Source of the DNA: Eledone cirrhosa
Taxonomy: Eukaryota
Length of the DNA: 64,000 bases
NCBI GenBank assembly: GCA_964016885.1
Contig: OZ024741.1
Coordinates: forward strand, 97,216,001 to 97,280,000
Direction of reading: 5' to 3'
Below, one piece after another: positions 52,481-64,000 of the stretch. Both the position numbers and the translations under genes were made by a program. How positions within the stretch are numbered: the first letter of the stretch is position 1; each line of letters starts with the position of its first letter. Below the pieces are notes generated by a model. That model was given only the letters and a program-made list of their open reading frames with translations. It did no database searches and was not told where the DNA came from.

Positions 52481-53602
52481 CATACATACATGCATACATA
52501 CATATAACGTGTCTTTAATTTTCGGACATTAGTCTGTCATGAGAAGACATAATGAGAAATGAAAGATGTAATAGACTGAAAGAAAGTGCGAAAAAGTAGT
52601 AAGGGAAACAATTCTATTAGTGCGTATATGTGACTTTATGCTTTATTCAAATGAAATATCTTGTGTAATTAATTATTTTATAACGTGGATTTTCCTTTTA
52701 TCCTCATATATACACATTTTCCCGTAAGAAACATATATCAATGTCCCAATCTAAGAACTTAGATGCGCACACATATAAAATCTTACAATGTCGCACATTA
52801 ATGATTCAAAACAAAGGTACACATGCGAGCTGACATAGACAAACACACATGTTATATAAGAAACATGCATTCACGTATATGAATGGAAAGATTGTAAGAT
52901 GAGATAAGTGATGTATCTTTAGTAAAGGTACACGAGAATAAGTACAGAACAGACGCATTAATGCGCGCATGGCGCCATCACACCCTGGTGATTGCTGAAT
53001 TGAGGTTATAAAGTAAAATATAACACGTAAATGATATACGCCTGGAAGGGTATTTTGGATAATTTTGCCTTTGCAGGAAATTAATGTAGTGAGCAGGGAA
53101 ATCATTCTTTTCGTTGTTTTACAAGCCAGTAAAAGCTAGACGAAATGAAACAGACCCAGTAAATTTCTTAAGGGACTGGAAAAGTCACTTTCAATCATAA
53201 CATTATTGGAAAATAAATTTGAGCCAGAGGCAACATGCAATCATGTCCGCTGAAATTCTGGAAAACTTTGATTAGGAATTAGGATTTAATGAAAAATATA
53301 TTCTGCTGAGATATAAGAACTGCTGTTTCTCGTTGTGTGGTTATTGATGGTAATATGTTTATTCCTGTTGAATATAATATACATGGCTTTTTTTATAGAC
53401 ATTGTTAACTATTTCAGATTCCATATGTGGTTTCTAAGTTATGCATATTATATGGATGAACCTATCAAGATATAATAATATAATAATCGCATAGACCTCG
53501 CCAATATATGAAAGGACAATATGACTCCTACACAGTGGTTTTATTTGCTACAATTGTCAATCACATTTTTTTGAAAGCACTTCTTACCGAATTCACTTCC
53601 TA

Positions 53603-53632
<30 letters not shown>

Positions 53633-53636
<4 letters not shown>

Positions 53637-54090
53637 TAAACGGAATAGAAAATGCTGACAAATTGTTCACAGTTGAAAAATGGTTTAATTAGGAATAAAA
53701 GAGTATTAGTGATTGTATGGGTTAGTATTCAGTTGTGGTTTTAAGTTTTTAAGTTTTTAAGTTTTTACCGGTTGCGCATTTCTAAATGCTTTTCAAAAAT
53801 AATTTTGAGATAGAGTGTCCGTGCTGTTTGCTCTGATTTGATTAGTTTTGGGAATTCTACCTGTTTTTATGTTAAAAAAGTGGCTCCAGCGTTATTTTTG
53901 TGTTGCAAAAATGCTTGTGGTCAAAACAATTTTGATTGGTCGGTAGAGGTCATGTGAATGTAAAAAGTTGATTTTGCGCCAAGACTGTTTTTATGTTAAA
54001 AAAGTGGCTCCAGCAAAAATTCTTGATCAAAACAATTTTGATTGGTCGGTAGAGGTCATGTGGATAAAAAATTGGTTTTGCGCCAAGATT
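53633..54090. mobile_element. Copy of the 10668 family (single arm, internal tandem repeat)
   Basis: Near-identical to 10668-11020; starts at a (TA)n tract. Confidence 0.85.
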
Positions 54091-54135
54091 GAGAAATGAC
54101 TCTTTCACAACAAATATGTGTGGGTGTGTGTGTGT

Positions 54136-54225
<90 letters not shown>

Positions 54226-54303
54226 TAGTAGTAGTAGTAGTAGTAAGGTGTTCGATGCTGCGACAATGGCCAGCAGCGATGTGTGTCAAATGGCTATTAA
54301 GAT

Positions 54304-54368
<65 letters not shown>

Positions 54369-54875
54369 GCAGAGTAATTCGATGGTCAGTAAGAATGTGT
54401 CTGAAAGCAATGGGGGGTATTTTAGCATGTCAAAAGATATTTTTCAGCTTTTGTCTTATACGGAGAAGTGCGCGCGTGTGTGTGTGTGTGTGTATAAGTC
54501 TCTTTGTATGTTGATGTACGCGTGTGTATATATGTGTGTGTGTGTGTGTGTGTGGGTGGACCAGTATTTTTTTCCCCCTGGTAAAATGGTGTACATTATT
54601 CGATTTTTTCAGTAAAATCGGTTCTCTTAATAGAACATCAAAAATCTTAACAATAAAAGGTGTGAAATGATATTCACTATATATATATACACATACATAT
54701 ATTCACTACATATATATATATATATACATATATACATACATATATATGCACATATATTTTTTTGTATTGCACCATAGAGCATGTGTGTTTACGTGTGTCA
54801 TTGTGTTTATATGTGGGTAGAGATGTGTGCTGATGTAGGTATGTATATTGACGTGTGTATGTTGTGGGTTCGTCT

Positions 54876-55070
54876 TAGGGAGAAGTGTTTAGACGGGGTC
54901 CGTATTTGTTAATGAAGTAAGATTCCTTGCTGATGCGCTGGGTGTGGGTGGCATTATCTTTAAATTTGTAGAGGGGAAAGATTCTGAAGTTGGGATGATT
55001 TTGGGCGGCACAGGTCTCAATGTGTTCACTCAGTGGTATTTTCCTGCATTCCCGTATTTTAATTTGGGAT
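54876..55070 (-). pseudogene. PLE GIY-YIG C-terminal fragment
   Basis: RKIPLSEHIETCA...FRIFPLYKF...QRISKESYFINKYGPRLN*; similar to the ~31910 fragment. Confidence 0.7.
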
Positions 55071-55199
55071 CTATATATATATGCATTATGGAAACCATTT
55101 CTATAATAGTATACCTATAAATTAATTTGGTTGAACACTGGCAGAATTCTGGTTCTAAGTTTGTAAATTCGACACATAATATTCTTCAATGATACGATT

Positions 55200-55680
55200 G
55201 AAATAGTGGACCACTTAATCGATGAATGTAAAGTTTTAACACTAGCTATATATAAATCAAGTCATGAAAGATCTGGACAATATCTATACTGATTAATAAG
55301 TCTGAATGATAACATCAACACACCCTCTCAATGCGAATGCAACAATTATTTGGGACTTTCCAGTACATGCAGACAGAAACATCAAAGTTGATATAACGGA
55401 TATTACTGCAAATGACCAACATAACAAAGTATTTTCATTGGTTGATATGAACATCCTATATGATCACAATGTTGCGGCAAATAATTTGAGAAGTATAGAA
55501 AGCATAAAAATGTACTCATTGGAATGGAAACAATGTGGCATCTCAAGGTGGTTACAATTGTAGGGGCACTAGGATTAATAATAAAAAGGAACATAACATT
55601 ATTTGAGAATGATCCATGTTTTACCATCATTGTAAGAAGTGCAAAACATTGCTTTAGCTGGTACGCCTCACATATTGAGA
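55200..55680 (+). pseudogene. Old R4/Dong-type RLE fragment
   Basis: IIWDFPVHADRNIK...LVDMNILYD; MWHLKVVTIVGALGLI. Confidence 0.7.
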
Positions 55681-55809
55681 AGAGCACTATCGTTGTGAGA
55701 ATGATAATTCTCTATGTAGTATGTTTATACAATGTATTTGTTCATATTCCATATTTATGTAAGTTGTAAATAATCAAGCACATTTCTATGATTGATTATC
55801 ATTCTGTTA

Positions 55810-56500
55810 TAAATATGATTTTAAAAAGTTAATGTGTATATCTATCAGAAAATTATGTATGTAGCTATGTAAAGTGCCTGGCGAGAACAATATAGGTTTG
55901 TGGCTTGCTAGCGTATACATTGCGTTTCTCTGCCCTAGGTTCTGGAAAGACACCCGACAAGAAATAGAAACAAAAATGAAGAAAGGGATAAAACTAAACC
56001 AATAATGAAAATATCTTTTCTGGCTCGGGCATTGATGACAATACAGGACAAAGAAAAACACAACAGAACACAAAGTACGGTTTACATCATGTAAAGTAAA
56101 GTGGACATCGATGTAGTGAATAAAGTAGGAATAACAGTAATATAAATTGTAATAGATATACATTGCACTATGAAAAAAAAGAAAATAATTACAAATATTA
56201 ATCCACAACGACATGTTCTCCAAAAGTGGGGGACAGTATGTTAGGTTAATCTCAGGGCGAAACACCACACAAGGCCTCATGTTATTCTGTTCCAGATTAT
56301 GCCCGTTCACCCACGGCAATCGCGCCGCTTTCACCCATCCTTCATAAAACACACCAGAAAGCATCACCTCCTCTTCAAGTTTCACTTGAAGACGTTGATG
56401 AGAGATTGGCTGGAGAGGAATGTTCCTGTCCTGAATCCTTTTAGATGATTCCTCCCTATATCTTCCTTTATCATAGCTACCAGACAGAGGATGACTTGCC
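55810..56500 (-). mobile_element. Tx1-like LINE 3' end
   Basis: MKLEEEVMLSGVFYEGWVKAARLPWV-like ORF2 end followed by T-rich 3' UTR. Confidence 0.5.
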
Positions 56501-57244
56501 GCGTCTCTATTCTAATAGGTGATGACACAAGAGCAATATTAATAATAATGTTCAAGATCACTATCATCACAATCATGACGCATATAATGATCATAACAAT
56601 TACAAACACGAATACGTACAATCTGTTGGAACAGGTGCAATAAATCCAAATCAACATCACCATATTGCATAAAAGAACATATAAACAAAAACAGGAGTTG
56701 CAAAGAAAAGGGGTTATCAAATTCAAAGAAAACACATATCAAATACTAAAATTCAAGGAAATAACTGCAACCAGTAGCAGAATAAATCACAAGATTCCTA
56801 GAAGCTGTGAATGTGGCAAATATTACAAATAAAGTTCTTTAATCGAATTTCTGGAGGAAAAAACTGTCTAGGTCAAAATAAGAATCGAACGTCTAACAAA
56901 CATAGGTGATCGAATTGAAAGCATCTTCAATATATTATCAAATTATAAGTGATAACTGAAGAATTCGCAAAGAATTAATAAAGAATTTGAAGTATTTTCC
57001 TTTGATGATGGTATGTTATTTTTTTAAATTTGTTTATTTCATTATGTGGGAATGTTTATATAATTTGATTTCAGAGAATTGATGTACAGGTTTCATGGGG
57101 AAATAGTTTTAAATTAGATGATTAGTTGCTGAATTTATAGCACATAGTCATGTGCAAATATTCCAACGAAGTCAAGTAGTCGAGTCGATATAGTTGACTT
57201 TTTACCCACCCTAAATTATTGGCCATGCGCCTAAATTAGAAACC

Positions 57245-57343
57245 ACCACTGTTGCTACTACTACTACTACTACTACTGATGCTGCTGTTGTTGCTGATGC
57301 TACTACTACTACTACCACTACTGCAACTACTACTACTACAACA

Positions 57344-57397
<54 letters not shown>

Positions 57398-57657
57398 GCT
57401 ACTACTACTTCTACTACTACTACTACTACTGCTACTACTACAACTACTACTACTACTACTACTACTGATGCTGCTGTTGTTGCTGATGCTACTACTACTA
57501 CTACTACCGCTACTGCTACTACTACTACTACAACAACAACAACAACGACTACTACTACTACTACTACTACTGTTGCTGATGCTACTACTGCTACTACTAC
57601 CACTACTGCTACTACTGTATTTTTATTATTGCTTTTGTTGTTGTTGTTGTTGTTATT
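57245..57657. repeat. Compound (CTA/CTG/CAA/TTG)n trinucleotide array
   Basis: ~400 bp of triplets with a repeated ctgatgctgctgttgttgctgatg block. Confidence 0.95.
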
Positions 57658-58997
57658 TCTAATATTATTTTACATTTGTCTTACAGAGAGATGCTTAATT
57701 TAGCTTCGATGGAATTGAATTTTGCCACAATTACATAATAGAAATTTAAATCTTTCATCAAAGAATCAGTGCTCATTACTCATATTCGGACTTCAGAGAT
57801 AGGTGGGAAGGAGCGCATATGTGTTTAAGAGTGGACATTACACTATAAGTAAACAGAGTCAAAATGGATGGATTAAACTGGAATGCGAATTAAATCTACG
57901 ACGCAAAGTCTTCCCAACAAGATTTCGATTCGAAACACATGGAGACTATCAAAATACCATATAGCATTTCATAGAATCTTCCTTCCATTTATCCAATCGT
58001 CCGCTCTGCAATGCTGTTCATCATGTTGTTTCATATGATGATAAAGAAGAATGTGATGGTAATTGTTGTACTGATGAGGATGATGATCGTTGAGGTGGTG
58101 GGAATTGTTATGATCATGATTCTGGGTGTGATGAATATTTTAATGAGTATAGATAATGGCGATTGAAATTTTACTGGTAATGAGATAGAAGTTGTGCTAA
58201 TTATATTGATAGATTATATGAAAGTGTAGCAAACGTTTCTAAGAATACAATTGATGAGAAGAACGATGTTCGTCCTGCAGAAAGATAGATGGAATGGGTG
58301 GATGAGTGCTGAAATTGATTATCTGGATACTAGTATAAATGGTGTGTTTTGTTTCAGACCTGGATTACCTCTTCCTTCTGTCATTAGTTTGTATTTGCTT
58401 TTCCATGTATCTCGATGTGTCCGTTTTCATCATATTCAGATGGAAGGAAGTTAATATAATCTAAGAAAGAATTCGAGACTCATGCTGAAAAAGTAAGGCT
58501 ATAAGAGTTTCGTAAACACCATTTTTAGTTTTCTCTTAATTTATACATTGCTATATGTCCGTTATAATGTTTGATAAAAAATATGCCTACACTTGTCTGT
58601 TGTAAAACGTTGTGATGTATGAAATTCCGCATCTATCCTTCTTGCTAAGTCAAGAATCTAGTTAGCAAATTGGAATTTTAAAATGTGTTTTTGACATCTA
58701 AAATTTAGACATTTTAATAGAATTTAACATGAAACATTTCTAGAACAAATAAGTATACATTCCCAAATATTCAATACAGTATTCAATCACATAATGATAT
58801 TTCACAGAACTTGTCCTTGGATGAATTAATATGATATAAGATTTAATACAACTTGCACAAATAATTGTGTGATATCTACTGAAATATATTTCTCAAAATG
58901 GACCTACACACACACAAATGCACACATACACACACACACACACACACTCACACACACTCGCACACACACATATATATATATATATATATAGATATAC

Positions 58998-59031
<34 letters not shown>

Positions 59032-60599
59032 TTATTCATATATCGCCCAGTGTTATTACGACCCTCTCCACCCTATCTTGATTACCCTTTCTCTATTAAA
59101 TGCCCGTACCCCATATCGATTCTTCCGTATTTTACAATGTGTCCGCTATTGAAACGTTAGGACTTGTCTTTGATAAATAGGCGAAACCCCAGAGTAGCAA
59201 GAGTCAATATTTAGCCTTAATGAAATGTACACACACACACATATATATGTATGTTTGTGTGTGTGTGTGAGTGTGTGTGCTTTTTATAGCGTGTTAACCT
59301 ACTAGAGTTAGGCAATCCACACTCCAATCAGTTAACGGTGATAACAGTCGAATAAAGCGCTCGATGATATTTACTAATTCAAGTTCATTATGGTAGTACA
59401 AGGCGGACTATAATGCATTACAGTCAATATCAGTGATGTCTTTAACGGGCTCTATGACGGCCCTCGTATTGATAAACCTCTGAACTTGCTTGTTTTTATC
59501 TCTGAATGTTATTTTGTGAATTCGGGCCGACGGTTTGTAGCAATCACACTGTCTATGGAAAGAAAGTTCTCCGTCTCGTACAAGAGCTCTTATTTAGTTT
59601 ATATTAATATTCATACACCTGATAGATATGCTCTACGTATGGTAGTGCACATATATTAAGAATGTGGGAAGTCTCCACTGCTACAGGTTCCACGAAAATC
59701 TTTTGGACAGGGGTCGATACTTTGATATCTTGCACTTTTCTGCTTGTTGGACAGCGACGAATGAGTCTGCCTCCGAATGTACCAAGTTGCCGCTGGAGTA
59801 GATATTACTGCATGTTGCGTCCCAAATGCCGGCTTACCATTCTGTTGACAACTGATGAAAGTGAAACCTCGGGGACGGGTGTAGTTATATATTTTATATA
59901 TTTATTGTAATTGGGGAGCGGTTGCAATCACTTTTGGATTATTTGAATAATGTCGACTATAGCAACTAATTAACTAAATAAAATAAGAATGTAATGTTTA
60001 ATGGTACTGGGGTGAAAAGGAAGTCGTTTGGTATAGTAATTTCAAAATCCAGTAAATTAATAGAAAATCGTAAATAGATATACGAGAGTTGCGCTAGTGT
60101 ACTTGTTAGTTATATGTAGTTATTTTTTTAGAACTGATATTTTCGCTAGATGATTGACGAACACCTGAAATAATCATATGTTTCCATGCTAACAGATGTA
60201 TACATGATATGAGGTTTTATGTGTGTGAGCTAGGACAAAGAAACATATCATATCGCTAATCGATACTCAGACACATGAATGTGTAGATAATTTCATTTTA
60301 CATATGCATGCTTACACAAAACCATACATGAATAGAATGTTGAAGTAAAATAGAGCACCACTTACATATGTAATTAAGCATTCACAAATAATATATTCAA
60401 ACTTCAAATTATTATACCAACTGTTATCAACATTAACTTCCTTCACAATCCTCTCATTATTAGAGATGCAATTTTAAATATTACCCAAGCTACTTAAGTT
60501 TTAAACTTTACCCACTATATCCAAATTCTACATAAATTGAACTAAACATACGGATTCCCTTAAACATTTGCATTCCCCGTTATTTTTGCTATCTTGTAA

Positions 60600-61100
60600 A
60601 GGGCTCTGCACAAATAGACAACAGATGAGTATACGTGGATGTCAAGTTTGTTTAAAGTGTTGTCGAAGCGCATGTTGATGAACTTCGGAGTTTGACAAAA
60701 CAATCAATATAGTGCCGCTGAAATAAATTGGGAATTTTTCAAATATTAACAGTTTAGACAAGTCTATTTTTCTCACTGGCCAGATTTCTTCGCCATAAAG
60801 CCAGCTGCTGTGAACTGAGTCAGTAGCTGTGAATTTCTTCGGCTACTCGACCTCGACCCAAACCAGCATTCATTACGGTTGAATATAGCGTAGGCTCTTC
60901 GAAACGCATATTTTTCTCAATTATACTCTACCCGGCAACAGGGAACTCGAACTGATCTGATAGAATAAGTGGGTCTCTTCCAGATTCTTGCCAGTCTTCA
61001 TGACAGGGTCTCTTTTAATTTGGTCCAAGACAGCACAGATCAAATTTTGACGCTGAGAAGTGATCTAGAATAAGATTAGAAATACCAACGTTGTGCCAAG
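60600..61100 (-). pseudogene. Highly decayed RTE-like RT fragment
   Basis: RAYAIFNR and LYGEEIWPVRKIDLSKL. Confidence 0.5.
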
Positions 61101-61577
61101 ACCTGTTATATTAACTTCGTTTAGGACATGTGATTTTTTCGACCAGAGTGTATTTTAACATAGCAAGATTGCAGAATATTTTGAATAGAATTAGAATAAT
61201 TAACGCCTGCACACCTCCAGGCGTTTAGGAATCTGACTTGGTTAAAATTCACTCGGTTCTCCATCATCGTTGTGTTCTCTCTTCAACACACATCTACAGC
61301 ATTAAGTGCGTCTCTTTGAGGGATCCTCAATTATCATTCTGTGACCAGATTTCACGGTCAATTGCATCGACACAGCTCACATTCTTGTCATAATTCATGA
61401 CCAAATCCTGAGCGCCTCAATATACACGCTGTATTTGTGGATATATTCAACACAGCGTATACATATATCAAAATAAAAATGCAAAAGAAGAAAGCGAAGG
61501 CTTTCCAAATGGTCAAATTAAAATAAATACATGCTCAATAACACAAGTGAAGTAAAATAAAGTCAATTATTTGTTGA

Positions 61578-61701
<124 letters not shown>

Positions 61702-62087
61702 TGAGAGAGTGGGAGAGGGAGAGAGACAGAGTGTGAGAGAGAGATAGGTGTGTCTGTGTGTGCGTGTATGTGGTTTTGTCAGTGCGTATATCTATAAAAG
61801 AAAGTACTTATATACATGATGGAATCTATTGATTTGTTTGTAACTGAATTTTCATTTTAACAGCTCTACATTCCCATACATAACTATACGTATAACAGTT
61901 ACAAATAGATATAAACAAGTGCATATTTTTGCTTTTCTGCGGGAATACTTGTCATAAATCCATTAGGTTTTTCCAGAAATTGTAAAACATATATGCTTTT
62001 GTTAACACATTCCGTCTTTCCTTACTACACAGAATAACTGCACATTTAATTGCAGAATATACACATTCGTACATATATGGACATATG

Positions 62088-62121
<34 letters not shown>

Positions 62122-62696
62122 CACACAAAGACACACACACACACATATATATATATACACATTCATGCAAACATATATACATATTTACATGCATGTAAGT
62201 ATGAATTTCTGTTCGATTAGTGAAAAACACGTGAATATGATTATATTCCAAGGTTTACTATTCAAACTTCCATCCGCATATCCATTTATCTATTGCTCTA
62301 TACATCCATTCATCCATATATTATCCTAAAACCATTGAAAGAGATATTCTGTCATGAAATGAATTAGTACTGGTAAGTATTCGGTATACAATATATTATT
62401 ACTTCGCGTAAAAAATAATTCATTATATATAGAATTTTTCTTAACTGCGTTCATGTCAAAATCTCATTCTGTCAAATACTTTCATTTTTTTTTTCATGAT
62501 ATATTTCGCATTAAATCTAAACATGCACTCCACCACCACACACACACATACACATGTGTATTTTCTCTATGAAATATTGCAGATTTTATATTTATACACA
62601 GATCCATGCACAAACTTGTATATACACACACACATGCACACATATATACGCACACATACATGCATAAAAACACAAACACACACATACGCATATATG

Positions 62697-62762
<66 letters not shown>

Positions 62763-63211
62763 CATAGGTATATATACATATAGGTATATATGTATTGATA
62801 CATAAATACATACGTACATACATACACACGTATACACTCACGGAAAGATGCAGTAATGCGAATCAGATCACCTCCACGCATGGATAACTACTTTCATATG
62901 GAACTTATTTATCGTATCACCTACGCCAAATGTATCAGAAATACTTCCACATGCACACATATCTCTCTCTCTATATATATATATATATGCTCATACACAT
63001 TGGAGATACTAGTTTCACGTGTATTCTGGCTTATATTCAAATATCGATTCAACCATTTTCTAAAATAACCAATGGCTAATCTTCCAAATCTTACATACCC
63101 ACGACACATTTCATGCAACTTCAACTGTTGCAAACAGTATTGATTTTTCTCTTAATTGTCACCTTTAAAACTCCACAGAAAATCTCTCTATAAAGACCGT
63201 AATGCCGCATT

Positions 63212-63328
63212 TTCTTCTTCTTCTTCTTCTTCTTCTTCTTCTTCTTCTTCTTCTTCTTCTTCTTCTTCTCCTTCTCCTCCTCCTCCTCCTCCTCCTTCTT
63301 CTTCTACTTCTTCTTCTTCTTCTTCTTC
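63212..63328. repeat. (CTT/CCT)n microsatellite
   Basis: Read directly. Confidence 0.95.
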
Positions 63329-63409
63329 CGATATTCAGTTGCTTTTGTGTGTTTTTTGTGTGATAAATATTTTGTTACTACACCGCTGCTAGATTGCAGG
63401 TTTGCAGAA

Positions 63410-63545
63410 TCGCTCGAGTAATGGAGGATAAATTATTGTGGTAAGTAATTACATCCACTTACATATGGAGTTCAAATTTCGCTGATATCGACTTTATCTT
63501 TTTATCATTTGGTCTTCTATCAAATAAGTACCACACAAGTATTGG
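63410..63545 (+). mobile_element. Decayed SINE
   Basis: gagttcaaatttcgctgatatcgacttt...aaataagtacca. Confidence 0.55.
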
Positions 63546-64000
63546 ACTTGACAAGCACTTATTTCTATTTAATCTTCTTTGATCTTCTTACAAACCCCTA
63601 TCATTATAGGAGCTATCTGTCCAATTAGAAGGAAAACAAAAAAGCACTTGCATATGACGTATTTGTGGTGAGTATAGCCGTTACGGATTTCTTTGCGTAG
63701 AAAATGGCCATACGACATTCACGATAGGACATGCTCATGAAAATCGTTCGACAGCGGTGGCACAACCTAGTAACATAGTCATACATTAGTATTCGGTGGA
63801 TTGCTGGAGTCACATGCAACCAAGCAGGTTTCTGTAGTATCTCAGCTTCACTTTATTAAACCGTTTATAAAAAATGCAAGAAACTAAGAACAGTAGACTT
63901 AGATGCATTTGGACCGAGACAGACATCATTCTCAACAGGAGGGATGGAATGCATTGAAAAGCCGATTTCACAAGATGCAACAGTAGAAGTGATTGACTTC

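Overview
AT-rich, microsatellite-dense eukaryotic DNA with no recognisable host protein-coding gene. Nearly all track ORFs are translations of (TA)n, (CA)n or (CTA)n repeats. The tRNA-derived SINE family and repeat landscape resemble octopus genomic DNA (recognition from memory, not a search). Decayed transposons include R4/Dong-type, Tx1/L1, RTE and CR1-like LINEs, a non-autonomous gypsy-derived LTR element, MITEs and several Penelope-like element (PLE) RT or GIY-YIG fragments. The main signal is that most islands between (TA)n tracts are fold-back and/or tandem units carrying type I hammerhead ribozyme (HHR) motifs, most with a palindromic stem III. By eye I find about 20 motif copies in about 10 sequence families. 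Cores include canonical CUGANGA and the variants CCGAUGA, CAGAAGA, UUGAUAA and UUGAAAA...GCAA, and two families have long stem II insertions. One family flanks a PLE GIY-YIG endonuclease, linking these elements to PLE retrotransposition. Coordinates were read manually and may be off by a few bases.
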